A stretch of DNA of 51,634 nucleotides from a virus (IMGVR_UViG_3300037851_000307:1-51634); one strand, 5' to 3'; counted from the stretch's first letter, positions 1 to 12,500 are shown. A program made the numbers and translations. The notes: generated from the sequence alone by a model not told the origin.

Positions 1-1
1 A

Positions 2-1105
2 GCGGTGTCAATGATGGTTGATGCCACGTCTGCATTAGCAGATACTAGTGCCGCTGGAAGACTTGGCATTGATGCAAGTGGTGGAATTTCTAGTATGCTA
101 GGAAGAGCAATTGGAATTCGTGGTGATAGATCTGATATTGGAGCTATGACTGCTGCCCAAAATGCTATAAATATAACATCAGGAATGCTTACTGATGATT
201 CGGTTACGTTTTCTAACATGGTTAGAAACACTAGATTCCGTCAGATGGGAATGACTGGATTAGAGGCATCAGCTGCTGGTAAATTAACCACTCAAGACTT
301 AGGTGTAATTGGAGCCGGTGGATCTGCTGCTCAACAGCTGATCATGCAAAGAGGTTTAGTTTCTTTATTAAACAAAGATGGTTCTATAAATCAGAATCAA
401 GTAAATAGTTATTTAAAAACACAAGGTGAATTTCTAGACATTGGCGGTGCAGGCGGTGTAGGTATGACCCTATCTCCTCAAATCGCTGGAATGGTAACTG
501 CTTTTAGAAAAAGAAGAGCAGCTGGAGCATCTGACGTAGAATTATTTAAAGAAAATCCAGAAGCTTTTGGTGCTATGATGCAAACCTTAGAAGGCGGCGG
601 ATCTTCTAGTAATATAGCTGGCGGATTCATGGGTGGAGCTGGAAGTAGTTCTACAACTGGTATAGGTAAGAAGATAGCTGATGGTAAGGTTTCTGCTGGA
701 ACAATGTCAGATGCAGGTGAAGTAACTACTGAAGGTGCAGCTAAGCAAAGAATAAAAGAGATTCAGCAAGCAGCAAGCAAAGGCATGAACTTAGAAAACT
801 TAGCTTCAGTATTCTCTTCAATAGAAAGAGCAATCACACCTGAAAGAATGGACGCATTTGAAAAAGCATCGTCTAATGCTGCAAAAAACATGGAAATTAG
901 CGCTACTAATTTTAAAGAATTATCTAGTCAAGCTGGAGAGCTAAATACTCAATTTATTAAGTTAAAAGAGACGTTAGAGTCACTCAATACAAGCCCTATG
1001 AATTTAGGTGGTTTTAGTACAAAAGGTAATCCAGCTCAAACACGTGAGCAAATTCAAGACTCAATGAACAAAGTTAAACAAAGAGTAGACGGTAAAACAC
1101 AGTAG
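2..1105 (+). CDS. C-terminal part of probable tail tape-measure protein (5'-truncated by window)
   Basis: Frame is open from the window edge. Ala/Gly/Met-rich, low-complexity and helical with a coiled-coil end. Lies directly upstream of hub and spike genes, the usual myovirus order. Confidence 0.65.
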   Translation, partial: AVSMMVDATSALADTSAAGRLGIDASGGISSMLGRAIGIRGDRSDIGAMTAAQNAINITSGMLTDDSVTFSNMVRNTRFRQMGMTGLEASAAGKLTTQDLGVIGAGGSAAQQLIMQRGLVSLLNKDGSINQNQVNSYLKTQGEFLDIGGAGGVGMTLSPQIAGMVTAFRKRRAAGASDVELFKENPEAFGAMMQTLEGGGSSSNIAGGFMGGAGSSSTTGIGKKIADGKVSAGTMSDAGEVTTEGAAKQRIKEIQQAASKGMNLENLASVFSSIERAITPERMDAFEKASSNAAKNMEISATNFKELSSQAGELNTQFIKLKETLESLNTSPMNLGGFSTKGNPAQTREQIQDSMNKVKQRVDGKTQ

Positions 1106-1113
1106 GGTGAGAT

Positions 1114-2910
1114 ATGGCAAACAAAGTAAAAGTTACCACGCCGCATGCTGCTGTTATGATATGGAACTATAGAGATCGTCTAGGTACTGAAACAACTACA
1201 GAAGATCAAGTTAATGCAGTAGAAGAAGTTTTAATAAGTACTGCATCACTTATATCTATAAGCACCGCTAAATCTAAAAGTGAACCAACTGGAAGATTTC
1301 AATTAGTATTAGCTCCAAACAGAAACTGGATATCTACTATTACAGCTGGAAGCTGGTGCTGCATAATGATGTCTCAAAAACCCATCACTCAAGCAGACAT
1401 CGATAAGGCCAATCCAGAAAAAGTTAAGTTTATAGGAAAAATAGAATCAGTTCGCATGACAACCGTAGCAGATCCTGAGACTGGCGCTCAACAAAGTGCA
1501 TATAGAGTTATTGGGGTTGACTGGGGTCATATATTTGAAAACCATGTCTATATTGATCCTTTTATTGACAAAAACAACAACAGCGTTGGTGCCGCAACAT
1601 ATATAGAGTTATTCAATAAGGCAATTGGGTTAGATTCTAGGGCGGAAATAAAGACCACGACAGAGAACATGACATCAATATTGAGTATTGTTGGTCAACC
1701 TTTAAGCAAGGACTTCCAGAGTGCAGGTCAAGCCATAAATAGAGTCGCAAACGTGAATTTCTCATTTGTTATGCCAACAAAGATGAGAGAGTTTTTTGAG
1801 TTCAGTAAGCGTGACAATAGCATTGTTAGAAAAGACAATGTAGTTGAAGCGATCCAAATGTACACAGGTAAGCTTGAATCTTACGATCAATACTTAGATG
1901 TAAAAGAATCATCTGGCTTCATAGATCCAGCTTCCTTTAAGGGCATGAACACGTTATGGCAATTGCTGATAGACAACAGTAATCCAGTTTTAAATGAGAC
2001 GTTTTGTGATATCAGATGGAACCAAAACGGTAGGCCTACTTTAGCTTTATATAATAGAATTAAACCTTTTGCCTATAGAGGTAATAGTTTAGTAGATGAA
2101 CGTTTAGGTCAAGCTCTTGAAAAAGAGACGTTTGGTAATAATAAAAATAAAAAACAAATTGTAGAAGATATCAAGTCAGAAGTCAAAAACATCATGTCTA
2201 AGTTTCAAGATGTACGAACATATGAGATACCTCTTGAAGATGTTATAGATGTGGAAGCAGGAACTAATTGGAGAGATAAGTTTAATTTTATAGAGATTAA
2301 ACCCTCTTGGCAAATATACGATGTTCTTAGTTCTTGGGTAAAAACTGTTGCACAGACAGCAGACGAAAGAGCATTTCAAAGAGAAGGCTTCAGGCCTTTA
2401 ATAGTATCTACGAAGCAATTTCCTTCTCAGGGTGCTAAAAAGGATGCAAAGACACCTAATTCACTGTGGCTTAACATAGATTTGTTAGCTGGATGGAAAC
2501 ATCTACTAAGAGAATGGTTCTTTGATACGCATAGACTATTGAATGGAACGATAAACATCATAGGTCAAAACAACTATATACAAGTTGGCGACAACATCAA
2601 GATAAAGCAAGAAGTATTAGGCATGAATAAAAACATGAACAGTGCTACCGGTAACCAAGAGAGTTACCTATTAGCACATGTTGAAAATATCACACATACG
2701 TTTAGAGTAGATCAAAATGGTGCTAGAACTTGGGTTACCACGATTAACTTTGTTCGTGGCATAATGGTTACGAACAACGGTAAACTTGTCGGAGAAGGTA
2801 AACTAGACGGCAAGAGTACAGACACTAAGGAATCTCAAGATCTTAATAGAGTTAATACCGTTACAACATCATCTGTTGCAGATCCTGGAAAGAGACTAAG
2901 AGGTAAATAA
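1114..2910 (+). CDS. Baseplate hub protein (gp27/Mu gp44-like), 598 aa
   Basis: Sits between tape measure and spike. Beta-rich segments LISISTAKSK..GRFQLVLAP and C-terminal IQVGDNI..YLLAHVENITHTF..WVTTINFVRG resemble hub proteins. Confidence 0.6.
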   Translation: MANKVKVTTPHAAVMIWNYRDRLGTETTTEDQVNAVEEVLISTASLISISTAKSKSEPTGRFQLVLAPNRNWISTITAGSWCCIMMSQKPITQADIDKANPEKVKFIGKIESVRMTTVADPETGAQQSAYRVIGVDWGHIFENHVYIDPFIDKNNNSVGAATYIELFNKAIGLDSRAEIKTTTENMTSILSIVGQPLSKDFQSAGQAINRVANVNFSFVMPTKMREFFEFSKRDNSIVRKDNVVEAIQMYTGKLESYDQYLDVKESSGFIDPASFKGMNTLWQLLIDNSNPVLNETFCDIRWNQNGRPTLALYNRIKPFAYRGNSLVDERLGQALEKETFGNNKNKKQIVEDIKSEVKNIMSKFQDVRTYEIPLEDVIDVEAGTNWRDKFNFIEIKPSWQIYDVLSSWVKTVAQTADERAFQREGFRPLIVSTKQFPSQGAKKDAKTPNSLWLNIDLLAGWKHLLREWFFDTHRLLNGTINIIGQNNYIQVGDNIKIKQEVLGMNKNMNSATGNQESYLLAHVENITHTFRVDQNGARTWVTTINFVRGIMVTNNGKLVGEGKLDGKSTDTKESQDLNRVNTVTTSSVADPGKRLRGK

Positions 2911-3917
2911 TGAGTGATCCAATTGTAAAAGATAGCTCAATATGGCAAGATCCTTTTAGCTTTCAGAAGATGAACTCCACTGATTCTAAGTTAAAAATTG
3001 GAATCGTGAGAACATCTCAATTTAATAAAGATAGGGGTGACATCACTTACATAGTAGAAGTACAAGATGCAGGAGACAAGCTCTTCATTCAATGCCGTCA
3101 TTTAAGAAAGCACGGTGGAGTTTATAACTTTGAAGATTTTACTCTTCAAGATTACAAGTTTGATCAAAAATATGACCCAATTCCTGCTTTTGATACAAAG
3201 GCTGGCGATGCGGTATTGGTTGCTTATTTAAATGGAGATTCTAGAGAGGGCGTGATACTAGGTGGACTTACTCATTCTGCTAGAGCAAGCACGTTAAAGC
3301 CAGAAGATGGTCCACAATACCTATCTCAATTCAATGGGATAGAAACAAGCATCAATAAAGACGGTGAATATACCGTTACATTTAAAGCACAACCTAAAAA
3401 CATCTCTAAACTGAAAGACTCACCTAATGGCAAGAAGATAGTTGCCCCAGAATGGGATAAAGAGGTTGGAACAAGTTATTTTAAGTTTGATAAAGAAGGT
3501 AGCTATACAGTTGCTGACAATGCCACATCTGATCCTCAAAGTCTAAAAATAGACAAAAAGAACGGCAAGATTATCATAACGTCAGGAAAGATAGTTCTGA
3601 CCATGGAAAAGAAAAAAGAGTTGACAACTTTAGTATGTAAAGAGTTAAATATTGCTGCTAAAGATAAGATGAGTACTAAGACTAAAGAATGGTTAACTGA
3701 TGCTTCTGCAACAGCAACCATTAAATCACCTAAGATTGCCTTTGGAACAGACAACATTGAGCTATTAGATCAAATAATAAAAGCAATAGAGGCTATTGGT
3801 AAAGTGACGCCAATAAGTCCTGTTGGTCCATGCGCGCCTATGCAATCTGCTCCACAATGGCCGCAAGTAGATGCCATAAAGAGCAAGATCAACACGATCA
3901 AGGGCACTGTTAAGTAA
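2910..3917 (+). CDS. Baseplate central spike (gp5/gpV-like), 335 aa
   Basis: N-terminal OB-fold-like segment with GDAVLVAYLNGDSREGVILGGL, then short beta-repeat segments. TAATG overlap with the hub gene. Confidence 0.65.
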   Translation: MSDPIVKDSSIWQDPFSFQKMNSTDSKLKIGIVRTSQFNKDRGDITYIVEVQDAGDKLFIQCRHLRKHGGVYNFEDFTLQDYKFDQKYDPIPAFDTKAGDAVLVAYLNGDSREGVILGGLTHSARASTLKPEDGPQYLSQFNGIETSINKDGEYTVTFKAQPKNISKLKDSPNGKKIVAPEWDKEVGTSYFKFDKEGSYTVADNATSDPQSLKIDKKNGKIIITSGKIVLTMEKKKELTTLVCKELNIAAKDKMSTKTKEWLTDASATATIKSPKIAFGTDNIELLDQIIKAIEAIGKVTPISPVGPCAPMQSAPQWPQVDAIKSKINTIKGTVK

Positions 3918-3947
3918 CTTTAAGATATAATGGTTTAGAGGTATTTT

Positions 3948-4958
3948 GTGAGCGTAGAAAATTTAGTTAAACAAGCAAAAGATGTTTTTGTTAAAACACC
4001 TAGACCAAACGCTACCAATAATAGCGTTAGAAGCACTAGTTCTATCAACGATGATCTAGATAAGCAGTTTTACGCAACAGAGCCATCTAATTGGTTCAAG
4101 GCTCCACCTTACGGTTTTAGATGGCAAAACAGAGAAGGCAAGCAGTTCTTCATGATGCTTCCTATTTCGCCTAGCAATATTCAAATTACAACTCATTACG
4201 CCACAAACGTAGTAACAACATTATACGGTACAGTAGAAGAGCATTCTGAGCAAAGATACTTCGACATAAGAATGTCTGGTGTAACAGGAATGACGCCTAG
4301 ATTTGTTGAGGCCATGGAAGCTCAACAATTGGCACAATTAAAAGCCAATAGTTCAACAGGAAGACTATCTTATGGTGACAGCACAGATGGCAGAATTGGC
4401 ATATCATCCGATATTGCCGGTGGCTTTTTTGCTAAAACAATTGGAACGGTTAATGCAGCTTTAAATAAAGCTCAAGATGTGATTAGCGGTCGTGAAGATC
4501 AAAACCGCAGCGGTGTGTTTTTAAATAAAAGTGGTTATTTAGCTTTCCATAGATTAAAAAAGTTTTTCTTAAAATATAAAGCAGATATGGTTGGATTAGA
4601 TCCAAACAATCCAAATGTTATAAACTCTGATGAAAGAAAACCTGGAAGTGATAACAACTTACATCCTTTAATGTTCATGAACTATAAGGATAATTGTAAG
4701 TATCATTGTTCTATACAGAAATTTGACGTTATCAGAGATGCAGCAAATCCGTTGATGTATTCTTATAATATTGTTTTAAGAGCATACAATATTGAGCCGA
4801 TTGATTCTTTGCAGGGTGACGTTGGCAATAGATTGGCTGATTTTGGTCTAGATGGCGTTAAGAGTTCATCTTTATTGACAGAAGTTAAAAACATATCTAA
4901 TGGCGCTAAGCAGATTTTTGGCGCAGCATTAGGTGGAATAAACATATTAGGTAGATAA
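3948..4958 (+). CDS. Probable tail-tube initiator / baseplate protein, 336 aa
   Basis: Motif FMMLPISPSNIQIT..VVTTLYG..EEH..DIRMSGVTG resembles tube-initiator folds. GTG start with GAGG Shine-Dalgarno. Confidence 0.45.
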   Translation: MSVENLVKQAKDVFVKTPRPNATNNSVRSTSSINDDLDKQFYATEPSNWFKAPPYGFRWQNREGKQFFMMLPISPSNIQITTHYATNVVTTLYGTVEEHSEQRYFDIRMSGVTGMTPRFVEAMEAQQLAQLKANSSTGRLSYGDSTDGRIGISSDIAGGFFAKTIGTVNAALNKAQDVISGREDQNRSGVFLNKSGYLAFHRLKKFFLKYKADMVGLDPNNPNVINSDERKPGSDNNLHPLMFMNYKDNCKYHCSIQKFDVIRDAANPLMYSYNIVLRAYNIEPIDSLQGDVGNRLADFGLDGVKSSSLLTEVKNISNGAKQIFGAALGGINILGR

Positions 4959-6550
4959 TGGTTAATTCAAAAACTCACCAGGACATAGCAGATCTGACAT
5001 TGTGGTTCAAATACCGCAACGGCGACAGACTAGTAATGTCTGATGTTCCTAAAATTATTCCATTAAGATGGCAGTACTTTAGAGACAATTGGGAGTTTTT
5101 TAAACCAGAATTGGTGGCAAAAGCTGCCACCTACAATGAACCAGATTATCTATTGTCTCAAATAGAAGATATGACTGATTTTATTGATGCGCAACGTTCA
5201 TCAACTAAAAAATTAAATCCTTTTTCAGATCAAAGTACGTATTTTAGATTCTATGGTATATTTGATGCCATTGAGATAGAGAGTATAGAGTTATCAAATC
5301 AAGAAGCCGACCTCGTTGATGAGGCAATTGCAAAAGTAGCAAACTATAATAAAAATGACTTCTTAAGAATTAAGGGCTCTGTAATTAAAGCCAGAGACAT
5401 AATGGCAGATGAGATTGGTCTTACAGATGAAGATTACAATAGAATTTATAAGAGAAGCCCAGTACCAGAACAACTAAATCCAACCATTAGTGACTTAATC
5501 AAAATGAAGTCGCTGCAAGATACTGTAGGAACGATAGATTACGTTTTAGCCAACATAGCAAGTATAAACACCTCTTTTGTTGATCCTTTTGCATTAGCTA
5601 GAGCCAACGCAAACAATCCTAACTTCAATATGGCTTCATATAAGTCTGGTAATTTAGTCAGATTAAATTATGGAGAAGATCTACAGCTTTTAGCTAAAAG
5701 ATATCTAGGCGATCCAGATAAATGGATTGATATTGCCATAGCAAATGGTTTAAAGCCTCCATATATTGACGAGGTTGGTCAAAAAATCTTATTGATATCA
5801 AATGGTCAAGGAAATCAAATTAATATTAGCGGCACAGATTTAGATGGAAATCTAAACATAGATAAGCTGTTTATTAACCAGGTTGTGTTCTTGCAGTCAG
5901 AAACAGAAAAGTTTCCAGAGCAAAGAACCATAATCAATATTACAGAAGTGCCAGTTAGCGGCGAGATAGTCATTGAGTTAGATGGTGCCGCTGATTTAAG
6001 CCGATTTAAGCTAGCAGAAGATGCCTATCTTAGAGTATTTAAGCCTAACACGATCAACAGTAGCTTTTATATCTTAATACCATCAGAAAGACCATTACCA
6101 GATGATCGGAAAGAGGAAGTGCCTTTCTTCTTAGCATCCTCTACAGAGGCTGAAAAGAGAGCTAAAATCGATTTAGCTATAGACGATAACGGTGAATTGC
6201 TTTTAAACTCTAGTGGGGATTTACAACTTAATTATGGTCTAGCTAACGCAGTTCAAGCTATTAAATTAAAATTAGTCACTGAATTAGGATCATTGCGCAG
6301 ACACGCAGATTACGGCCTAGTTAACATCACTGGTCAATCTACTAGCGACATAGAGGCCCTTAAAAATATCTTAATAGAATCAATTGATGAACAAATAAGA
6401 ATAGACAGTCGATTTGAGCGAGTTGAGTCAATTGATGTGAGATATACCGCTAATGGACCCAATGACCCAGCAGCCTTTACAGTAGCCTTGCAAGTCAGAT
6501 TAGCTGGGTCTTCTAACGTCATACCTATAAGTTTTTCCGTTACTATCTAA
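4958..6550 (+). CDS. Baseplate wedge protein with LysM/gpX-like domain and C-terminal gp25-like domain, 530 aa
   Basis: GEDLQLLAKRYLGDPDKWIDIAIANGLKPPY (LysM/gpX-like) and DLAIDDNGELLLNSSGDL..NAVQAIKLKLVTELGSLRRHADYG..DSRFERV (gp25-like). Confidence 0.7.
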   Translation: MVNSKTHQDIADLTLWFKYRNGDRLVMSDVPKIIPLRWQYFRDNWEFFKPELVAKAATYNEPDYLLSQIEDMTDFIDAQRSSTKKLNPFSDQSTYFRFYGIFDAIEIESIELSNQEADLVDEAIAKVANYNKNDFLRIKGSVIKARDIMADEIGLTDEDYNRIYKRSPVPEQLNPTISDLIKMKSLQDTVGTIDYVLANIASINTSFVDPFALARANANNPNFNMASYKSGNLVRLNYGEDLQLLAKRYLGDPDKWIDIAIANGLKPPYIDEVGQKILLISNGQGNQINISGTDLDGNLNIDKLFINQVVFLQSETEKFPEQRTIINITEVPVSGEIVIELDGAADLSRFKLAEDAYLRVFKPNTINSSFYILIPSERPLPDDRKEEVPFFLASSTEAEKRAKIDLAIDDNGELLLNSSGDLQLNYGLANAVQAIKLKLVTELGSLRRHADYGLVNITGQSTSDIEALKNILIESIDEQIRIDSRFERVESIDVRYTANGPNDPAAFTVALQVRLAGSSNVIPISFSVTI

Positions 6551-6568
6551 TGTAAAAGCGATTGCATA

Positions 6569-6575
6569 GTACAAT
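6569..6575 (+). promoter_or_regulatory. -10 element (G-TACAAT), 7 nt before ATG 6583
   Basis: Member of the recurring motif; no Shine-Dalgarno. Confidence 0.5.
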
Positions 6576-6582
6576 AGTATGC

Positions 6583-9500
6583 ATGGCTGTAACATTAAAG
6601 ACTTATAATGAAATTGTAGGTTCGCTAGCGCGTAAAATCATAGCGAACAGTCCCCTAAACGATATAAACACAGGATCTGTATTATTGCAGTTATTAGAAG
6701 CTGTCGCTGCTAATGACTATGAGAACAATACTGCTATATTAACTGTGTTAGAGTTACTTAACATTGATGCAACTAGAAATAATGATCTAGACGCACGTGC
6801 AGCTGACTTTGGTTTAACTAGAAAAGCTGCCGTAAAAGCCTCAGGTTTTATAACTATCTCAGATTCTAATATCAGCAAGAGAAGTACTGGACTTTATCCA
6901 GTGAAACAGCCACCTATTGCTGGTGCAACGGTTATAAACGTAAACAACGCAGCAGCGTGGTCAAATACTGGCCAACTTTATATTGGCCGCGGAACACCTT
7001 CTTTTGAAGGTCCAATTCCTTATACATCAATAGTTAATAATACGACCTTCTACACAATTAATTTAGGATCTGCTTTACAAAAAGATCACTTGATATCAGA
7101 TATAGTCATCGATGGACAGGGAACAAATGATAGGTTGATTGCTGCTGGCACTATAGTTAAAATTCCAGCTAACAATCAAAATCCAGAAATAGAATATGTA
7201 ACTCTTAGAGATGCAGTTATTCCAGCTGGAGAAGACTCTGTAGTCAATGTTGAAGTTGTTGCTAGAATTGCAGGCGCATCTGGTAATGCAGGCATCAATG
7301 GTATCTCAACCTTTGGTTCACTTCCTTTTACTGGTGCTACAGTTACCAATACTACAGCGTTCACAAATGGACGCGACGTAGAAACAGACGATGAACTTAG
7401 AAACAGAATTAAGTCTTTTGCTCAAACATTAGCAAGAGGAACTAAGCCAGCGATTTTAAACGCGATTGATGGCGTATCTGATCCAGATGACAATAAGCAA
7501 GTCGCTTCTGCCGTTATCACTGAACCAGTAAAGATTGGCGATCCTTCTATTATTTATTTAGATGATGGAAATGGCTTACAGCCATCATATACAGGACAAT
7601 CTGTTGATGAGCTGTTGGCAGACGCAAACGGAGATGAGGAATTACTTCAATTAGCTAATTTCCCTATTCCGAGACCTCAAGTGGTAAATGCTGCAGAAGG
7701 TCCATATGAGCTTCAAGATGGAATGTATCTTAGAGTAACTGTAGATGATGAAGAAGAAACTGTATTCTTTTTTGCAAGTCAGTTCACAAACATATCAGCA
7801 GCTACATTGCCAGAAATTGTCACAGTTATAAACGACAACTCTACAATCTTTAAAGCTCGATTAGATAAAAATTCTACTAGACTGCTTGTTTATCCAACTG
7901 CCTTTGATGCAGAGATAATACAGGTATCACCTATCAGAACCTCTGAATCAGCAGATCTATTTGCAAACAGTGTATTAAAATTTCCTACAAATGAATATAG
8001 CTACATTAAGCTGTATCAAAACAACGTTTTACTTAAAGAAAAACAAAAATCTGCTACGCTACTTACAAATCCTTTTAATACGTGGAACGTTAACGCAACC
8101 AGCAACATTATAATTAGTGTTGATGGAACGCCTTCTCAAGATAGAGAGTTCTCAACTACTGATTTTGGTGGAGCTTCTTTTGCTTCATTGACTTTAGAAG
8201 ATTGGGTTGCCGTATTTAATACTAAATTTGCTGGCTTACAAGCTGAGGCTTTGTCAAGCGGTGTCATGAGAATCACATCTAATAAATCAGGAGCTGAGTC
8301 TCAGATAGATGTATTAGGTGGAAGTCTTTTAACTAAATGGTTTGCAGATTTACCAACAGAAGCACAAGGTCAAACGTCTGACTTTGCATTAAATCGTCAA
8401 AACGGCAATATTAGAATACTAAGAGATATTGCGCCAGGCGATGACTTTACAGCAGGATCTGAAGACACTAAAGGCGCTATCTATTCTAAAGAAACAACTA
8501 CAGGAACTTATAACGTTTCTTCTGATTCAAATTCTCGCCCATCTGAACTAGTTATTGTTGCAGATGCTAAATCAGTGGTACCAAGAGTAATTAGTTTACC
8601 AATTGGCGCAACAATCGACATACAAGATATGGGCAGCGGTGTGATGAGAATCACATCTAGCTCATTAAGCACATTTAAGCAAGTTTTTGCTACTGGCAAT
8701 GATTATGTTTATATCACTAACCGCGGAGACATAGATGGAACTGGCGGCGGAACATGGGCAGATATCGCAAGCTGCGGTTTATTTAAAGTAATCACAAAAG
8801 GCGAACACACAACAGCCGGTTCTGATTCTTATATTGAAGTAACTAATGCCAATATAGTTCCAGGTACCTATACTGTTCAGTCATCAGACGACATACAGGC
8901 CTTCTATTCAGATGCTTATCCTCAAATCTGGAAAGGCACCTTTGTAGACAATCCACCTCTTGAGCCAATTCAGGGCATCGTGGATTCTATAAACGAGAAT
9001 ATTTCAAATGTAATAGCTAGTATATGGAAAACAAATTCAATTAAGTTAACTTCTATTACAGAAAACGAAGGAAGTATTGCAGTACCGGTTTCTGTAGGTA
9101 ATGCAACATTGCTTTTTGACAGCAATCAAGGTCAACAAGTTGGAAATACATCACATGTTGCCAACAGAGAAGCTGACAAAGATGCTGTTACATATTTTAA
9201 GAGAACAACACCAAGTACAGCCAATGTGTGGTTAGATCGTTCTACTTATACAGATTTAAAAGGTACACTGTCGAACGACGCTATTCCTGGCATTAAGAAC
9301 GTAGATTCTTTTAGTGAAATAATCGAATCACCGGTTCTAACAGACAGCAATCTTTCACATGACGATATAGTTTCTTTTACAAAAGGTAACAATAAGGGCT
9401 TATACAGAAGTATTAAGCAAATTCTTTCTGGAGATAGAGTAGGAACTCAATTTGATAAAACTGCTACATCTTTAGACCATATTGCTAATTACGATGAAGT

Positions 9501-12500
9501 GCAAATTTTAGAGTCTTTAAAATTCAGTGGCGATGATAGCATGGTAGTGGTTTTAGATAATGATTCAGTTACTAAAACTATCGACATACCTATGTTTAGA
9601 AGAGGTCGCGTTAATTCTGGCTCTCAATCATTAAGCTTTTTACCTACACAACTGGCGTTTTCTGCAAATGACGTAGACAATGAAGTTGGAGTAGATTTTG
9701 GCACTCCGCAATCTTGGAGCACAACTCTAAATAAAACAGACTTTAAAGACTACAAAGTATTATTTAGAGCGCATAACTGGTATGTAACTGGTGGAGTTGG
9801 ATCTGGCCTTGGCGGGCAGATGTTAGTTCGTGCAGCACAATACGGACCTGTTGGCGAAAATATTAAGTTTGCTATAGATTATCCAACGCTGCCATCAAAA
9901 ACAAACTCAATTGTCTACACAAACACTCCAACAACTACAACAGTTAAATACTTATTTGGATCTGGTACAGCGAGAACCGCAAACATCATTCCCGGTACAA
10001 CATTTGACGTAACAGATTTAGGAAGTGATTTGTTTAGATGGACATTCTCACCAGGTGTAGATTTTTCTACTGTTTTAGTGGGTGATGTAGTTAGTTCTTT
10101 AGATGACTCTGGTGTAAGTGTAAGTAATAGAGGTCAATTTAGAGTAGAGGCGGTTAACGCTGTAGCTAGAACAATTGACGTTTATAATCCTAATGGATCT
10201 CCAACTATAGTTGGGCAACCGGAAATCACCACTGTTACAACAGTTGGTGATGTAGTTGGATCACCTGCGGTAAACGATGTAACAACAGTTGCAGATATAG
10301 CTGGTTCACTAGATGGCACTTATTTTATATTAAGAGACAATGCAGGAACAGTAGCATTTTGGTATGATGTAGATGACAATGGAACAGCAGAACCATTACA
10401 CGGCGCTTCTAGATCTGTTAAGATTTCTACAGTAGTTACTGGCGATAGCGCTAATGATGTTGCTTCTAAGACAGCAGCAGTTATTGGAGTTGACCCAGAA
10501 TTCTCTGCAACAGTAGCATTAAACGTAGTTACTGTGACTAATTTAGGAAACGGTTTGTTATTAGCTGGTAATGCTGGTACTTCTGGCTTTACTGTAACGC
10601 AAACATCTCCAGGTGTTAACGATAATAGCCTAGATAACAAATATTTCATCCTTCAAGACGATTTAGGGTCGGTTGCGTTCTGGTATGACGTGGATAACAA
10701 CGGTACACCAGAGCCATTGCATGGCGCTGATCGGTCAGTGGCTATTACAACGGTGGTTACTGGTGATAGCGCTAATACTGTTGCCTCTAAGACCCAAGTA
10801 GTGGTAAATGCTGATCTAAAATTCAATGCTACAGTGCTAGGTAACGTGGTTACAGTAACAGACGTTAGCAATGGTAACCGACCTACACCATTAGCAGGTA
10901 CTTCTGGTTTTACTTTAAGCACTACTCAAAATGGTTCAGATGGAATCCCAGAGACTATTTTAATTTCAACTTCTTTCAACATTTATCCACTGTTAAATAC
11001 AACAGTAAATGACATAACTACGCTCGTTAATGATGAAAATGACATGTTAAAGCTTGTTGCAGTTGGTTCTACAGCAGCAATAATAGATAGAGCCACAAGA
11101 CAGGAAAACTATGTTCCAGCTGGACCTGGAGACTACAGCGCTTCATTGTCATATGGACACGATCCAGATCCAACCAGTGGATTAAATGAATACGTTAGCT
11201 TATATGATTCTGAAAGTTGGATACTAGGATTCTCTAATGCAAATCCTAACTTCACTTTGAAAAAAGAATTACTATTGACTAACGTTGCACCATCTGTTTA
11301 TGCGATGGATACTTGTCCTAATGATGACTCTGTAGATTTAGGAGAAATGTTTAAGTTAGTTCCCACTACATTAACTAACGTATATCATCATTTAACACAA
11401 AAAGCTTTATCGCAGCTTCCTATTGTGTCAAATGTAGGCATCTCTTCTAATATTAGAAGCGTACAAATTAAATCTAACTTATTGGGTTCTGTTGGAGCAG
11501 TAGAGATTGTTGGCGGTAGAGCTAATTCTGCTTCATTTGATGTTATCAATGAGTCTCAAAAAGTATCAGAACTTGGAATTGATTACTTAGAGACAAAAAT
11601 CAAATCTTTCCCAGATACTTTAAACAAAGGTGACATAATTAAACTAGAAAATGCCACTGGAGTAGATAGATTAAATAGATTAAGCGCTGCTGATTCAATT
11701 GACGTAGTACAGGTAAGTGGAGATACGTTAGAGTACAGATTTAATGCAAAACAGACATTCTTAAATCAATTTGTTAAGTTTTCTATTGCAGATGTTTCTG
11801 CAACATATGGAAGACCTGCAGGAATGGTTTGGAGATGGACTCATAATGATAGTGGAAGTTTGTTTATCATTACTGATAAAACCTCTGGAGTTCCAGGTTC
11901 TTTACCAAACGATGAAATCGCAGCTGGCGGCAGTGATGCTGCCGCCTTAGAAAGAGTGCTGTTAAGCAATGGATCTTTAACTCCACAAAGCTTTCAATTA
12001 ACTGTTGATTCATTGCCAACTCAAGGAGATTATTTTACTTTTAGAAGTGCTTCTGGTGCTACTTTTGCTGTTTGGTTTGGTATCGATGGAAACGTTACAG
12101 CACCAACTGGCGCATCTTATGTTGCTGCTACCAATAAAATTTTAGTAGCCATATTGAGTACCGATACTGAAAATCAAATTGTTTCTAAACTAGCAACAAC
12201 GCTATCTGCTGACAGCAATTTCACAGCTGAGTTTGAATCTTTTCAACAACAAGGCGCTGACTTAACAGATGTGAATGAAGGTGATCTATTGTATGCTTTT
12301 GGAACATTAACTGGATGGAGTTCAGGAAATAAGTCAGGGCAAACTGGAGATGAGGCCGTTGCCGGATTTCCTATTATTGCTGTAAATGTAGCAAGTAGAT
12401 ATGTAGACGTAGTTAATAATTTAGGTTCTGCGATGGCATCAACTCAGGTAGGCTCTGGTACAGTTCAAATAACACCATCGCCTATCATTAAATGGAACTT

